Virus record (IMG/VR): IMGVR_UViG_3300005326_000046
Location: 1 to 64,000 of that record
Origin: a virus
Taxonomy: Duplodnaviria > Caudoviricetes
DNA length: 64,000 nt
Direction: 5' to 3' (one strand)
Positions within the stretch are counted from its first letter, which is position 1, and each line of letters begins with the position of its first letter. The translations under genes and the position numbers were made by a program. Below the pieces are notes generated by a model. That model made no database searches and was not told where the DNA came from. It was given only the letters and a program-made list of their open reading frames with translations. Shown here in pieces: positions 17,912 to 27,179 of the stretch.

Positions 17912-18290
17912 ACATTATGGTATGATGTGTGTGCACTGGTGAGGCGTCAATGCCGGTGTTCCTCCTGGTGAAGCTGCTCCACTCGCGACGGTCAGGTAAT
18001 GCCGCGGTGGCTTCCCGTCGTGGAAGCACTAGGCGATGGGGTGGCTCATGGGTGGCAGTCAAAGGCCCTTAGGTTGCGACTGCCACCCACCCAGACGGTG
18101 ACGGCCGAAAGGGGGTGCATGGGAAGTGTGTGACGGTACTGGGTAAAAACGATCCTAGGAGGGCAACCGTGAAAAAGGCGAGGCCTCCCCCGCGTGGCTG
18201 TGACCACAGTTGAAATTTGATTGGGTTTAGATATAGACAGCCAAGGCCCAAGTCTTCAGTAGCCTGGGCCTTCCTCAAACCGACAGGAGA
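17912..18290 (+). ncRNA. Structured long 5' leader or small RNA candidate
   Basis: About 380 nt without a long ORF after a promoter; 11-bp stem 18050-18060/18078-18088; stems 17985-17991/18015-18021 and 18243-18250/18265-18272. Confidence 0.4.
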
Positions 18291-18297
18291 GAACATC

Positions 18298-18456
18298 ATG
18301 CAAGCACTTCGCATCACCAATGATTCCGCACGTCAACTCAAGATTGGCGCGTCATTGTCGCCAGACACGGTGGCACTTGATGATCAGTACGCCGAAGAGC
18401 AGGACGCTATCATTGCCTGCGGCTTTGGCGAGATCGTCGAGGTGGAAGAATGCTAA
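18298..18456 (+). CDS. Hypothetical protein
   Basis: AGGAGAG RBS, 52 aa. Confidence 0.6.
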   Translation: MQALRITNDSARQLKIGASLSPDTVALDDQYAEEQDAIIACGFGEIVEVEEC

Positions 18457-18731
18457 CCGGACAGCGCGGCAATTACAAGATTCACGTGAAGTATGAGAAG
18501 GATGGCATATATCATGCCGTGTTGACAGACGCGCGGACTAGTGGGGTGTTTTCTCTTCCGATGGATTGCAAGGGGGCAATAGATGCGATCAGCGTTGCCA
18601 TGCACGTGATTGACACGTATCTTACTCCGTGCAGTGTCATCATCGAGGCCAGACCAGAACCACCCGTTGACGATGACCTTGCCGCGCAAGTCAACAAGGT
18701 CCTGGATGGCACGGGAGGCAGCGATGGGTAA
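18450..18731 (+). CDS. Hypothetical protein
   Basis: Coupled + strand ORF. Confidence 0.6.
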   Translation: MLTGQRGNYKIHVKYEKDGIYHAVLTDARTSGVFSLPMDCKGAIDAISVAMHVIDTYLTPCSVIIEARPEPPVDDDLAAQVNKVLDGTGGSDG

Positions 18732-19041
18732 GCGCGTGGAGATGGCAATCAATATCGTTGGGCTTCTTATTGCGTGGGGGTTCATCGTCCTCTTTTTGTC
18801 GCTCATGCTTGAACCAAAGCCGCCCGACCCATACATAACAACCACGTCCATGCCAGAGTTTGAGATGGACCGTACGATCGTGATCCCCCCAGCTATGATG
18901 ACGTTTGAGTTGGACACCACAACAGAGAATGACCCGGTTCCAGCAGACATTGTGCTTCAGCTGCCCGACGAGTGGTATCAGGGAGGATGTTTTGATTACC
19001 GCATCAGCGGAGTTGAGTGCGTGTGCGAAGAGTCCAAATGA
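18724..19041 (+). CDS. Hypothetical membrane-anchored protein
   Basis: N-terminal hydrophobic helix INIVGLLIAWGFIVLFLSLML. Confidence 0.65.
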   Translation: MGKRVEMAINIVGLLIAWGFIVLFLSLMLEPKPPDPYITTTSMPEFEMDRTIVIPPAMMTFELDTTTENDPVPADIVLQLPDEWYQGGCFDYRISGVECVCEESK

Positions 19042-19054
19042 AAGGAGCGCGATC

Positions 19055-19267
19055 ATGTGGGCCTACGGATTGGAGCATCACGAGAAGCGGGCGCGGCGCG
19101 TCGACAAATGGGCCAATCCACGCAGCCATGGGTTCGATCGTGCGCGCAAGGCACGCGCGCGACGCGAGGCGCGCGAAGAGATCGTGCAGCAGCTACTCGA
19201 CGAATTGGCATGGAGCCACGGGTTCGGGTATTCGATCTTCATCGGCTATTTTCGCGACGATATCTAG
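19055..19267 (+). CDS. Hypothetical basic protein
   Basis: AAGGAG RBS. Confidence 0.55.
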   Translation: MWAYGLEHHEKRARRVDKWANPRSHGFDRARKARARREAREEIVQQLLDELAWSHGFGYSIFIGYFRDDI

Positions 19268-19303
19268 TTTCACCAGACGGTGAAACCATCGGAGGGAGTG
19301 AAC

Positions 19304-19525
19304 ATGCTACTACTGTGTAAGTACGCAGGACAGTCCAAGGTCATTAGCTCGGCGGCGCTCAAACCAACAACGATCGCGGCACGCTGGGCGGCAAGGAATG
19401 CGTTCGGCGCGGTGTACCCGGTGGATGTTATTGTCGTCTTCAGCCACGATACGCACGTGTTCCGCGTGACCGAGAAGGACACGGTGCACAAGGTCATTGT
19501 GGGAAAGAAGGGGGCACAGAAATGA
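19304..19525 (+). CDS. Hypothetical protein
   Basis: GGAGG RBS. Confidence 0.6.
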   Translation: MLLLCKYAGQSKVISSAALKPTTIAARWAARNAFGAVYPVDVIVVFSHDTHVFRVTEKDTVHKVIVGKKGAQK

Positions 19526-20058
19526 GTCTAGATATCGCCCTCTATGACAAGGCCGATGGCGAGGAAATCATCGCCATGAACTGGTTGCGCAATCCCTTCG
19601 GCTTGTGTCAGTGGGCCGAAGACAACGCAGGCGACGGAGAGCAGTCGCTATGGTATGTCTGCAATGCGTGGGCATACGACAAGGGCAAGGACGTTGACCG
19701 CGTCGGATTCAAGCGCGTAGTTGACGCGTACTGGGAGCGAATCCAGAAATTGGAGCGCGGTTATTACTGGTTTGACTTGCCAGCCTATCGCGACATCGTA
19801 GAACGCAACTGCGGTTGGATTCCTTACGAATTGGGCGGCTCGCGGCTGGGTGCGTCTCCCGCTGAGAGTCACTATGTTGACGAACGGTACAACAAAAAGC
19901 GCGACAAGCTCGGCATTCCGATGGAGTACTTCACAGCGGGAGTATTTCACCTAGCCGGGCAGAATACGCTTGAGCACTACAAGGACTGGTTCGCAGAGTT
20001 GGTGAAGTTCGCCGAACTGCTGCAGGACACGGCATTGGAGTTCTACTGTTCAAACTAG
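19522..20058 (+). CDS. Hypothetical protein
   Basis: 178 aa, ATGA overlap. Confidence 0.75.
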   Translation: MSLDIALYDKADGEEIIAMNWLRNPFGLCQWAEDNAGDGEQSLWYVCNAWAYDKGKDVDRVGFKRVVDAYWERIQKLERGYYWFDLPAYRDIVERNCGWIPYELGGSRLGASPAESHYVDERYNKKRDKLGIPMEYFTAGVFHLAGQNTLEHYKDWFAELVKFAELLQDTALEFYCSN

Positions 20059-20066
20059 GGGGGGGG

Positions 20067-20477
20067 GTGGAAGAAATGATCGGTATCACAGTGCAAACGA
20101 CTCAAAGCGCGGCTATCAGTGTGCGGGATGGGTTCCAGGGCCACTTCGAACTGCGCCAATTCGGCGGCGAGCAACTGGTGACATGTGCCAATCAGGATGC
20201 GCCGGCCCTCATTGCCGCGATCGCCCAGCAGGCTGGCGTCACGATCGAACAGATCGCGGAGGCCATGGGCGTGCCAGGGCACACAGGATTGCCATGGATC
20301 CTCGTCAGTGAGAGGCTGCCAGAGGCTGAAGGCAACTACGACGTCACGCTGCGAGATGGGACACTAAGCACATGGCGGTTCATGCAAGGCAGCACGGGTT
20401 GTGACGGCGAAGACTATTGGCGTTACTGGGTCACAGCATGGGCTCCATCTCGTATTGCGCACAAGGCGGAGCAATGA
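20067..20477 (+). CDS. Hypothetical protein
   Basis: 136 aa; C-terminal WILVSERLPE...YWVTAW module. Confidence 0.65.
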   Translation: MEEMIGITVQTTQSAAISVRDGFQGHFELRQFGGEQLVTCANQDAPALIAAIAQQAGVTIEQIAEAMGVPGHTGLPWILVSERLPEAEGNYDVTLRDGTLSTWRFMQGSTGCDGEDYWRYWVTAWAPSRIAHKAEQ

Positions 20478-20647
20478 TTGATAACGACTACGAAGAGGGC
20501 GACAAGGTCACGTGGAGCGATGAGGGCGGCAGGCAGCACACGGGAACGGTTGAAAGAGTGTGGTACGTAACCGAGTATTGGATTGTACCAGACGACCCAA
20601 AAGATGAGCCGCGTATCATGCGTTCGTCCGATCTAAGCCTGACATGA
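20474..20647 (+). CDS. Small SH3/KOW-like protein
   Basis: YEEGDKVTWSDEGGRQHTGTVERV. Confidence 0.6.
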   Translation: MIDNDYEEGDKVTWSDEGGRQHTGTVERVWYVTEYWIVPDDPKDEPRIMRSSDLSLT

Positions 20648-20928
20648 TGTGGTGGCGTGAACACGGCCGCAACGATTACATGGGTTCCTGCTATGGCACA
20701 CAAGGGGGAGTGATGAACTGCTCACGACGCAAAGGCACGGGCGAGGTTGATAACCTCCAATTTGGATGGAGAGCGCTGGGGGATGCTTGTAAGGAAGCCA
20801 GGATGAATCCATTTATGGGCATATACGAGGTGAGTCTTTTTACGGGTATTTCCATCCCGGAACTGTATCGCATGGAATGCGGGTTGGACGATCCCGCCCC
20901 GCTAGCAAAGTTCTGGGGGATCCAATGA
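20644..20928 (+). CDS. Hypothetical protein (possible HTH)
   Basis: EVSLFTGISIPELYRMECG resembles an XRE-type HTH. Confidence 0.55.
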   Translation: MMWWREHGRNDYMGSCYGTQGGVMNCSRRKGTGEVDNLQFGWRALGDACKEARMNPFMGIYEVSLFTGISIPELYRMECGLDDPAPLAKFWGIQ

Positions 20929-21359
20929 GCATCACCTTCGCCGAGTGGAACGCGTTTATCGACACCACCAACAAGATATCCCACTCCACGTCGCACAACA
21001 TCATCTGGCACGGCGTAAGCGCGTTCACCGATCGCGAGAAGCAAACGGTGTCGTTTGGCTACGGACACGGGCAGGAGTGGATCATCTTTCAGCAACGCCA
21101 CAATTGCGTCCTGCGCCTCGCCAAGTCAACCAACCAAGATGAGGACTTCTGTCTTGGCGACATTAGCACGCATCGCGGCGTTGAAGCCACTGTGCCGACG
21201 TACTTCGTCAAGGAACTGCTGAACGCCGCTATCGCGTTCGTCGGCGTGCCTGAGGACTGGGAGCGCCGCGGGTTGATCCGCGCGAGTTGGTACGCGCCCA
21301 TACCTGTCATGGCAGAGGCCGCGAAGGACGATGACGACGGCGGGGACATCCCGTTTTAG
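20925..21359 (+). CDS. Hypothetical protein
   Basis: ATGA overlap; acidic DDDGGDIPF tail reminiscent of SSB C-termini. Confidence 0.65.
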   Translation: MSITFAEWNAFIDTTNKISHSTSHNIIWHGVSAFTDREKQTVSFGYGHGQEWIIFQQRHNCVLRLAKSTNQDEDFCLGDISTHRGVEATVPTYFVKELLNAAIAFVGVPEDWERRGLIRASWYAPIPVMAEAAKDDDDGGDIPF

Positions 21360-21401
21360 GTCAATCAACTGATTGGTCGATCTACCGAAGGGAGAATAAG
21401 A

Positions 21402-21716
21402 ATGCCATACGATCCGCGCTTCTGTTGGGTGCTGTCCCACAAGTCGTACCACACAGGGTCCGGTACAGGATCGCTGTTCGCCGTTACAATGACATTGGCG
21501 CAGGCCAAGCAACTAGCGGTTGCATTCCTGGAAAAACGCGCGCATGATGACGGCGAAAATTTTCGCCGCGCAAGTCACTGGAAGCACGACGTTGGTAAGT
21601 GGGAGGTCTGGCAAGCTGAGAGCGATGTAACGGAAGACATCGTCATGATAGAGCGTGTGCCGTTCGGCGCGTCATATCGGTTCGATGGTGGCTATTTACC
21701 GGACGATGCCAAATAG
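21402..21716 (+). CDS. Hypothetical protein
   Basis: GGGAG RBS, 104 aa. Confidence 0.65.
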   Translation: MPYDPRFCWVLSHKSYHTGSGTGSLFAVTMTLAQAKQLAVAFLEKRAHDDGENFRRASHWKHDVGKWEVWQAESDVTEDIVMIERVPFGASYRFDGGYLPDDAK

Positions 21717-21723
21717 CGCAGAA

Positions 21724-21758
21724 ACCCTATTGACAAGCGGCGCGAAGTATGCTATGAT
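21724..21758 (+). promoter_or_regulatory. sigma70-type promoter
   Basis: CCCTATTGACA-17 bp-TATGAT. Confidence 0.8.
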
Positions 21759-21799
21759 CTTGCATATACGGACAATCATACAATCTACAGGAGAGAGAC

Positions 21800-21979
21800 A
21801 TGACACCTTGGGCACAAATCATCTTCCTCGCACTGATCTGTATTGACTTCGGACTGGTTGCAATGCAACATGGCAAGCCACGAGAACCATACAACTTCTG
21901 GACGTGGATCTTCGCCACCGCGATTTAGTTCGCCATCCTCTGGTGGGGCGGCTTCTGGGCTCCACTGTTTGGGCGATAG
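21800..21979 (+). pseudogene. Small two-helix membrane protein interrupted by an in-frame TAG
   Basis: MTPWAQIIFLALICIDFGLVAMQHGKPREPYNFWTWIFATAI*FAILWWGGFWAPLFGR*; internal stop at 21926-21928. Confidence 0.6.
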
Positions 21980-21990
21980 GAGAGAACACC

Positions 21991-22272
21991 ATGGGCTACT
22001 ACTACCTGGCCAATGTCAACGACCTGATCGGGAAGGTGCACCGCGTTCGTATGCTTAGCTATGATGTTGAAAATGCGGCGGAAAACGTCGCCGACAATCT
22101 CGCTAGGTGCACTAGCGTCGAAGAGATGCACCGCTGGCTCGCATCTGGCGTAGTGCGCGATGAATGGAATCGACTGGTAGACCATGCCAAGTCACTGTCC
22201 GTCATGCTGGGTTGCATCATTGACTACGACGGTGAATTGCAGGTGCTAAACCAGGAGGCTAAGGATGAATGA
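21991..22272 (+). CDS. Hypothetical protein
   Basis: AGGAGAG RBS. Confidence 0.65.
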   Translation: MGYYYLANVNDLIGKVHRVRMLSYDVENAAENVADNLARCTSVEEMHRWLASGVVRDEWNRLVDHAKSLSVMLGCIIDYDGELQVLNQEAKDE

Positions 22273-22687
22273 CGTTACCATCTATCCGGAGGTGGCTTGT
22301 GCCGCCAAGTGGTGGGCTGATCAGTTGCGGGGAGATCCGATGCATGATGCTGGCGATGCTATGATGAACGCGATGGCAGCGTGGGCATCTGGTCGTATCT
22401 CGCGTCTATCTGAAGCTGACATACTGAGATTCGAGCAAGAGTTGGAGACAGTCTTGCAGGCATATGTGATCAAGAAGGGGTGGCATCCCGATCGCCCCGG
22501 CTGGGGGAACAGAGACGTAGGAACAGACTATCATCCTGATGGGACACTTGATCAGGCGGCGCAGGCTGCGGGCCTGGGTGATCTCAGTCTGCAACTACCA
22601 TACAAAACCATGATGTGGGTGAATCCGGGATCGGTTACGGTGAGTAGGGGGTATCGGGCGCCAGTTGTAGAGATTTTCCATGAGTGA
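22265..22687 (+). CDS. Hypothetical protein
   Basis: Coupled ORF, 140 aa. Confidence 0.7.
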   Translation: MNDVTIYPEVACAAKWWADQLRGDPMHDAGDAMMNAMAAWASGRISRLSEADILRFEQELETVLQAYVIKKGWHPDRPGWGNRDVGTDYHPDGTLDQAAQAAGLGDLSLQLPYKTMMWVNPGSVTVSRGYRAPVVEIFHE

Positions 22688-22892
22688 TCCAACCAACGTC
22701 GACGCTGTTCTTGTTACCTTGCTCATCCTGAGCATCATCGTCTTTGTCCTCGACTACTTCCCGAACTTCAGCAAGTCGCGCGAGGGATTCTTGGCGCAGC
22801 CATGGTACGTGCGCCACATGACGGGCATCGTGAGCGCGGGACTCGTGATCGTGCTGTCGGCCGCGATTCTCTACAGGATGGTGGCGGGATGA
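22680..22892 (+). CDS. Hypothetical two-TM membrane protein
   Basis: Two hydrophobic helices. Confidence 0.65.
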   Translation: MSDPTNVDAVLVTLLILSIIVFVLDYFPNFSKSREGFLAQPWYVRHMTGIVSAGLVIVLSAAILYRMVAG

Positions 22893-23215
22893 GCCTGATT
22901 GACGATCTGAGTGAGTACCTGCGCGACATAGCCGCTCTCGCCTGGGTATCTGGGCATGACGACTACGAGGATAGAATCGACGAGGCGGCCGATTCGTTGA
23001 TTGAGTTGCAGCGCGAAAACGTTCAGCTGCGTGCCAAGGTCCGGGAGTTGGCGAAGATGTGCGACGACGTCGAGTGTGCGTCTGGAGATCCAGGCGGAGA
23101 GGACACGGGCTGGTGTCCATTCTGTGGATACTGGCCGCCAACCGATGGGCATGCACCAGACTGCCGCCTCATCACCGCCGACATCGCGGGCCTGCTGGGG
23201 AAGGAGCAATCATGA
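22889..23215 (+). CDS. Hypothetical protein (CPFC zinc motif)
   Basis: ATGA overlap; WCPFCG..H..DC. Confidence 0.65.
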   Translation: MSLIDDLSEYLRDIAALAWVSGHDDYEDRIDEAADSLIELQRENVQLRAKVRELAKMCDDVECASGDPGGEDTGWCPFCGYWPPTDGHAPDCRLITADIAGLLGKEQS

Positions 23216-23442
23216 AACTGTCTGATCATCTACGCAATCACGCTATGGCAAGTACGCTTGCGGCACGTAGCGGCAAGCCTGTGGACTTGCAAGAGCACGC
23301 GCGGCTATTCGGCGAAGCGGCCTGGAGACTTGATTACATGGAGGGTCGACTACGCAACGTTGGTATTGTGTTGAGCGATGCAGAGTATAAGAAGGCGTGG
23401 ATTTCGAGCACGGACAAACTGCTGGGGGAAGACCCATCATGA
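23212..23442 (+). CDS. Hypothetical protein
   Basis: AAGGAG RBS; ATGA overlap. Confidence 0.65.
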   Translation: MKLSDHLRNHAMASTLAARSGKPVDLQEHARLFGEAAWRLDYMEGRLRNVGIVLSDAEYKKAWISSTDKLLGEDPS

Positions 23443-23801
23443 AAGCATGGTATGTCTACCGGGCTTTTGATGAGGGCGGGGAACAAGAAGCAGACATTGT
23501 GCACGCCGAAAATCGCACCTCTGCCAAGAGGCGAGCATACAGCCTGCCGTTTTTTGACGTCGACAACTGGGTCACGGACATCGGCGCCCGGCGAGTGCCA
23601 GAGCTGGACGACAAACCAATCACCGATCTAGCATACCTGGCGCACGGCTTCGGCGTCGAGTGCGAAAAGTGTTCGGTCTACGTGTACGGACTGGAGGATT
23701 GCGTAATTGCATTCGGCAAGATCTACTGCGTCGAATGCGGCGAAAGCATTCTCAAAGATGAATATGTCGAGGCATTGTATGCTAAGGAGGATCCATCATG
23801 A
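23439..23801 (+). CDS. Hypothetical zinc-ribbon protein
   Basis: CEKC...CVEC. Confidence 0.7.
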   Translation: MKAWYVYRAFDEGGEQEADIVHAENRTSAKRRAYSLPFFDVDNWVTDIGARRVPELDDKPITDLAYLAHGFGVECEKCSVYVYGLEDCVIAFGKIYCVECGESILKDEYVEALYAKEDPS

Positions 23802-24031
23802 GCAAGCGCCCAAACTGGCCGAAGTGCCCGAAGTGTGAAACGCCGTGTGTCGCTATTGTTGAAATTTGCGAAGTCACCAGATCGTGGTACGCAACTGACG
23901 CGTGTGATGACCCGAGCGTGATCGGCCCTGATCCTACAGGTATATGGATATTTTGCGACAAGTGCAGAGACGACTTTGAGCTTGAAGGGATATTCGAGGC
24001 CGATCCAAAATGGTGGGAGGAAGTCGAATGA
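23798..24031 (+). CDS. Hypothetical zinc-ribbon protein
   Basis: CPKC...CDKC. Confidence 0.7.
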   Translation: MSKRPNWPKCPKCETPCVAIVEICEVTRSWYATDACDDPSVIGPDPTGIWIFCDKCRDDFELEGIFEADPKWWEEVE

Positions 24032-24255
24032 GCAAGCGCAAGTGGCACGACATCACGCGGGCGACGGGGGACCCCAAGGACTTGCCGACACGACGGAGTC
24101 AATACCTTGTGGCGTTCAAGGGCAGAAAGCATTGTCGCGGATGGTGGTTCAATCCAGATGATAAGATTTCAGTCTTTATGTTCCGCGACAGCGTCATCGC
24201 CTGGCGCGAGATGCCGAAAGCGTACCGCCCGAAGCCGCGCAAGCAGAAGGGGTAG
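24028..24255 (+). CDS. Hypothetical protein (DUF551-like)
   Basis: KWHDI...DLP...QYLV...VIAWREMPKAY pattern. Confidence 0.6.
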   Translation: MSKRKWHDITRATGDPKDLPTRRSQYLVAFKGRKHCRGWWFNPDDKISVFMFRDSVIAWREMPKAYRPKPRKQKG

Positions 24256-24504
24256 GTGTTCGAGCACGAGTGCGAAGTGGATGACGGACCGGACGGTCAG
24301 GGTCTTAAGGTGGTTGAAGTAACGGTCGAAGGTTATGGAGCCGTCCTTTCGATGGGTGAATACGGGTGGCGTGATGATTTGCGCGCAATGTGGGGCGAAG
24401 GCGCAAGTCAGTATATCGCGCTAACCAAGCGCGGCACTCCGCTTCACGCGCGCGTCACGGTGGAGATCAGCGATGACAGCAAGGTGAGGGGGCAAGATGC
24501 CTGA
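24256..24504 (+). CDS. Hypothetical protein
   Basis: Coupled ORF. Confidence 0.55.
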   Translation: MFEHECEVDDGPDGQGLKVVEVTVEGYGAVLSMGEYGWRDDLRAMWGEGASQYIALTKRGTPLHARVTVEISDDSKVRGQDA

Positions 24505-24721
24505 AATCATGACGCGCCGTTGTCGGGTCACGGAATGCGGAGATGTCGAGGTGTATCTTGATGATAGCAGCGGGAGCGGACTGATTTCCACAATGGCACA
24601 TGAGGCATTTCGAGACCTGTTCGGACTACGGGGGCGTTTCTACGCCGAACCAGGTGATGAATTTGACCTGGATATGTGGACAAATGCGTACAACGTCAGC
24701 CGAGAGGTAAACCATGGGTGA
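24497..24721 (+). CDS. Hypothetical protein
   Basis: Coupled ORF. Confidence 0.6.
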   Translation: MPEIMTRRCRVTECGDVEVYLDDSSGSGLISTMAHEAFRDLFGLRGRFYAEPGDEFDLDMWTNAYNVSREVNHG

Positions 24722-24998
24722 GCACTACGAGAAGGCAACCTTTCACCGCGACACAGCTACCGGTAGAACGTGGGTAGAGCATTGGCCTAAGCTGTGTCTG
24801 ATGTCGCCCGAGTTCATTTTGGATGGCTCAGGCATTGAGGTTGATGGTGACTTGGTCAACGGCGCAATTGTCACGGTTCGAACAACAGACGAGGTACAGC
24901 ACTATCGACTCAAGCGCGATCCCGAATGGCGCGCGTGGATTGCCGAACTGATCGACGACGCGCCAGAATTCCCTATTGACAAGAACGCCGTTACGTGA
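24714..24998 (+). CDS. Hypothetical protein
   Basis: GAGG RBS. Confidence 0.6.
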   Translation: MGEHYEKATFHRDTATGRTWVEHWPKLCLMSPEFILDGSGIEVDGDLVNGAIVTVRTTDEVQHYRLKRDPEWRAWIAELIDDAPEFPIDKNAVT

Positions 24999-25004
24999 TA
25001 GGAT
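24970..25004 (+). promoter_or_regulatory. sigma70-type promoter
   Basis: TCCCTATTGACA-17 bp-TAGGAT. Confidence 0.75.
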
Positions 25005-25031
25005 AGGACATCACACACAAGGAGAGTAACA

Positions 25032-25307
25032 ATGCAACCATACGATTTCACGGAGGGCGCACGCGTATCATGCGGCGACGGCAAGACGGAGATCCTGTTC
25101 TACGAGATCCCCGAGTACGACAACGAGGGTGTCAACGATGGCGAGCCGTTCCTGGTGTGCATCGATATCGCCGACCAAGACAGCTTGCCACACGCGACAC
25201 TGTATGTGCGCGTGGAAGATTGGCCCGCGTTCGTCCAGAAGGTCAACGCGTTCGAGGCCACACGGCTGGCGCGCGTCGCGAAGTGGCAGGTGGCGAACAG
25301 CGCGTGA
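25032..25307 (+). CDS. Hypothetical protein
   Basis: AAGGAGAG RBS. Confidence 0.7.
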   Translation: MQPYDFTEGARVSCGDGKTEILFYEIPEYDNEGVNDGEPFLVCIDIADQDSLPHATLYVRVEDWPAFVQKVNAFEATRLARVAKWQVANSA

Positions 25308-25495
25308 GCTACGGTCGCGCACGGGGGATTGATGACGATGGCCGGTGAATATCTTGTTGTCGTAGACAACCTAGTGGCACACATGGATCCCGCCAAGGCT
25401 CGCGAGCTGCTGGCGATGAATGACGATGATTTTGGCGCAGCGCTAGCGCAGATGTGCTCCGCGATGTCCATCGCGCCAGCGGAAGGGGATGGCGA

Positions 25496-25786
25496 ATGAT
25501 GACTGATGAAGAACTGATGACCGACGAAGAACTGGCGCAGATTGAGGCGCGCGAGAAGCGCGCGTCTCTGTGGTCACCTCAAGACATCTTGCTGAAGGGA
25601 AACACGGTCCAGTCATATGCGATAGCGGGAGTATGTAGCGGCATGAGCCCCAATAAGCTAGGTAACGTTACGTTCATTGCCCATGCCCGCGAGGATGTGC
25701 CGGCGTTGGTCGCGGAGGTTCGCCGCCTGCGCGCCGAGCTTGCCGAGCACCGGCAGCGAGAGAGGATGGGGTGCGGCCATGGATGA
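25496..25786 (+). CDS. Ead/Ea22-like phage protein
   Basis: FIAHAREDVPALVAEVRRLR motif. Confidence 0.65.
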   Translation: MMTDEELMTDEELAQIEAREKRASLWSPQDILLKGNTVQSYAIAGVCSGMSPNKLGNVTFIAHAREDVPALVAEVRRLRAELAEHRQRERMGCGHG

Positions 25787-26180
25787 TTCCACCTGCACAT
25801 GGGAAACGCTGGTCGCGACGAGGAAGGAAGTCGAGGCGCTTGGCCCGTTCCCGCTGCGTCTGTGGTTCATCGGCATACCCTACGGGACGCAGGCGTGTAT
25901 TGAAACACTCCTGCGAGACGCGGGGGGCGAGTTGGCCGATGCGCCAAGAGGCCTTGACAAACTCTTCTCATTCGCGCTTGAAGTGGCGGCGTTCAATCCC
26001 CTGTCGGACAAGTGTCCACTCGGCGACTACGCGCCATGGTTTGCGCGACGCGCCCTTCCAGGCGTATGGATTGAGATGTCAAACGGCGAACATCAGCGCT
26101 TGGACCTGGACGAAGGCGTGCTCAGAGACACGCTACGGGCGGCGCTGGTGGAATCGATGAAGGAGAAGTGGAATGCGTAA
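25779..26180 (+). CDS. Hypothetical protein
   Basis: Coupled ORF. Confidence 0.6.
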   Translation: MDDSTCTWETLVATRKEVEALGPFPLRLWFIGIPYGTQACIETLLRDAGGELADAPRGLDKLFSFALEVAAFNPLSDKCPLGDYAPWFARRALPGVWIEMSNGEHQRLDLDEGVLRDTLRAALVESMKEKWNA

Positions 26181-26940
26181 GATCAACGTTGGTGACCGTG
26201 TAGTCCTTGACAGCCACCACGGCGGACGAACCTGGGCAACAAGGTGTGGCGTCGTTATGGGTATTGCAGACGGTAGAGCTACGGTGCGATGGGGTGGCGA
26301 AACAGAGAGTCACGATCATCCCTTGTCCATCCTTGTCGCGGTGACAGATCGAGTCCCCGAGCGCATTGGAGAATCGCCAATCAACAAGTTCGCGATTAAT
26401 GGGCTGAAGACCATCAGTGAACGCATCCTCTCCATGTGGCAGCAGACGCTACCCGTCTCTTCGCCACCGCAGGCGCAACCCGAGATCATGGAGTGCCTTG
26501 AGGCGATATGGCGGGACAGGGACACGTGGAAGCGCGCTTGTCTTGAAGAGCGCGAGGTTGTTGCCGAGCTTGGTGCAGGTGATAATGCGCTGTCGTGGAT
26601 CAAGGCATTGCGCCGGCAGAATGCCGCGCTGGTTGCAGAGAACAGCCGCCTAGAAAAGGAGTTGCACGACACACTCGCCGCGGTCAATTCGGCGCATCAC
26701 CGCATTGACGCCTTCTTGGTGAACGAGCGCAAGCTCATGGATCGCGTCGTCAAACTGTCCGACGACCTTGAGACGTTGCGAAGCATGAACAAGGTAGCGA
26801 ACGAATGGATGTCTCATCGCAATCGAGAAGCAATGGACATTGTGCGAGAGTTGGCAAAGTGGACATGGCTACAGCCGGGCATGGCACGTCTGATAGGGCG
26901 GGCGCGCACACTGATTGAGAAGGAGAGGATGGCGAAATGA
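26173..26940 (+). CDS. SH3/KOW-like domain plus coiled-coil protein
   Basis: INVGDRVVL...GVVMGI...ATVRWG, then heptad-rich C-terminus. Confidence 0.7.
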   Translation: MRKINVGDRVVLDSHHGGRTWATRCGVVMGIADGRATVRWGGETESHDHPLSILVAVTDRVPERIGESPINKFAINGLKTISERILSMWQQTLPVSSPPQAQPEIMECLEAIWRDRDTWKRACLEEREVVAELGAGDNALSWIKALRRQNAALVAENSRLEKELHDTLAAVNSAHHRIDAFLVNERKLMDRVVKLSDDLETLRSMNKVANEWMSHRNREAMDIVRELAKWTWLQPGMARLIGRARTLIEKERMAK

Positions 26941-27161
26941 GCGACTGTGCAATATGTGGTACCGATTTGAGCAAAGACCTGTTCGCCAGCGTAACAGATG
27001 ATTCTGTATGCTGTATATGCAAAGTGAAATACATTGGCGGCTTGTCATCGCGCGACAGGATTCCCGTGGTGCGTGCCAGCTTGGGTCTCAAGGATGGCGA
27101 ATACTTGGCGCAAGACAATGCGCAAGAAGCAGCGAGAATTCTCGGACGCCGGGGACGGTGA
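26937..27161 (+). CDS. Hypothetical zinc-binding protein
   Basis: CAICG...CCICK. Confidence 0.6.
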   Translation: MSDCAICGTDLSKDLFASVTDDSVCCICKVKYIGGLSSRDRIPVVRASLGLKDGEYLAQDNAQEAARILGRRGR

Positions 27162-27179
27162 TGATGTGTAAAGGAGAGC

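Noticed and set aside
21926-21928. Genome-wide TAG reassignment
   Set aside because: Many genes end cleanly at TAG next to the following gene (e.g. 20058, 36282, 4230), long genes lack internal TAG, and no suppressor tRNA is seen
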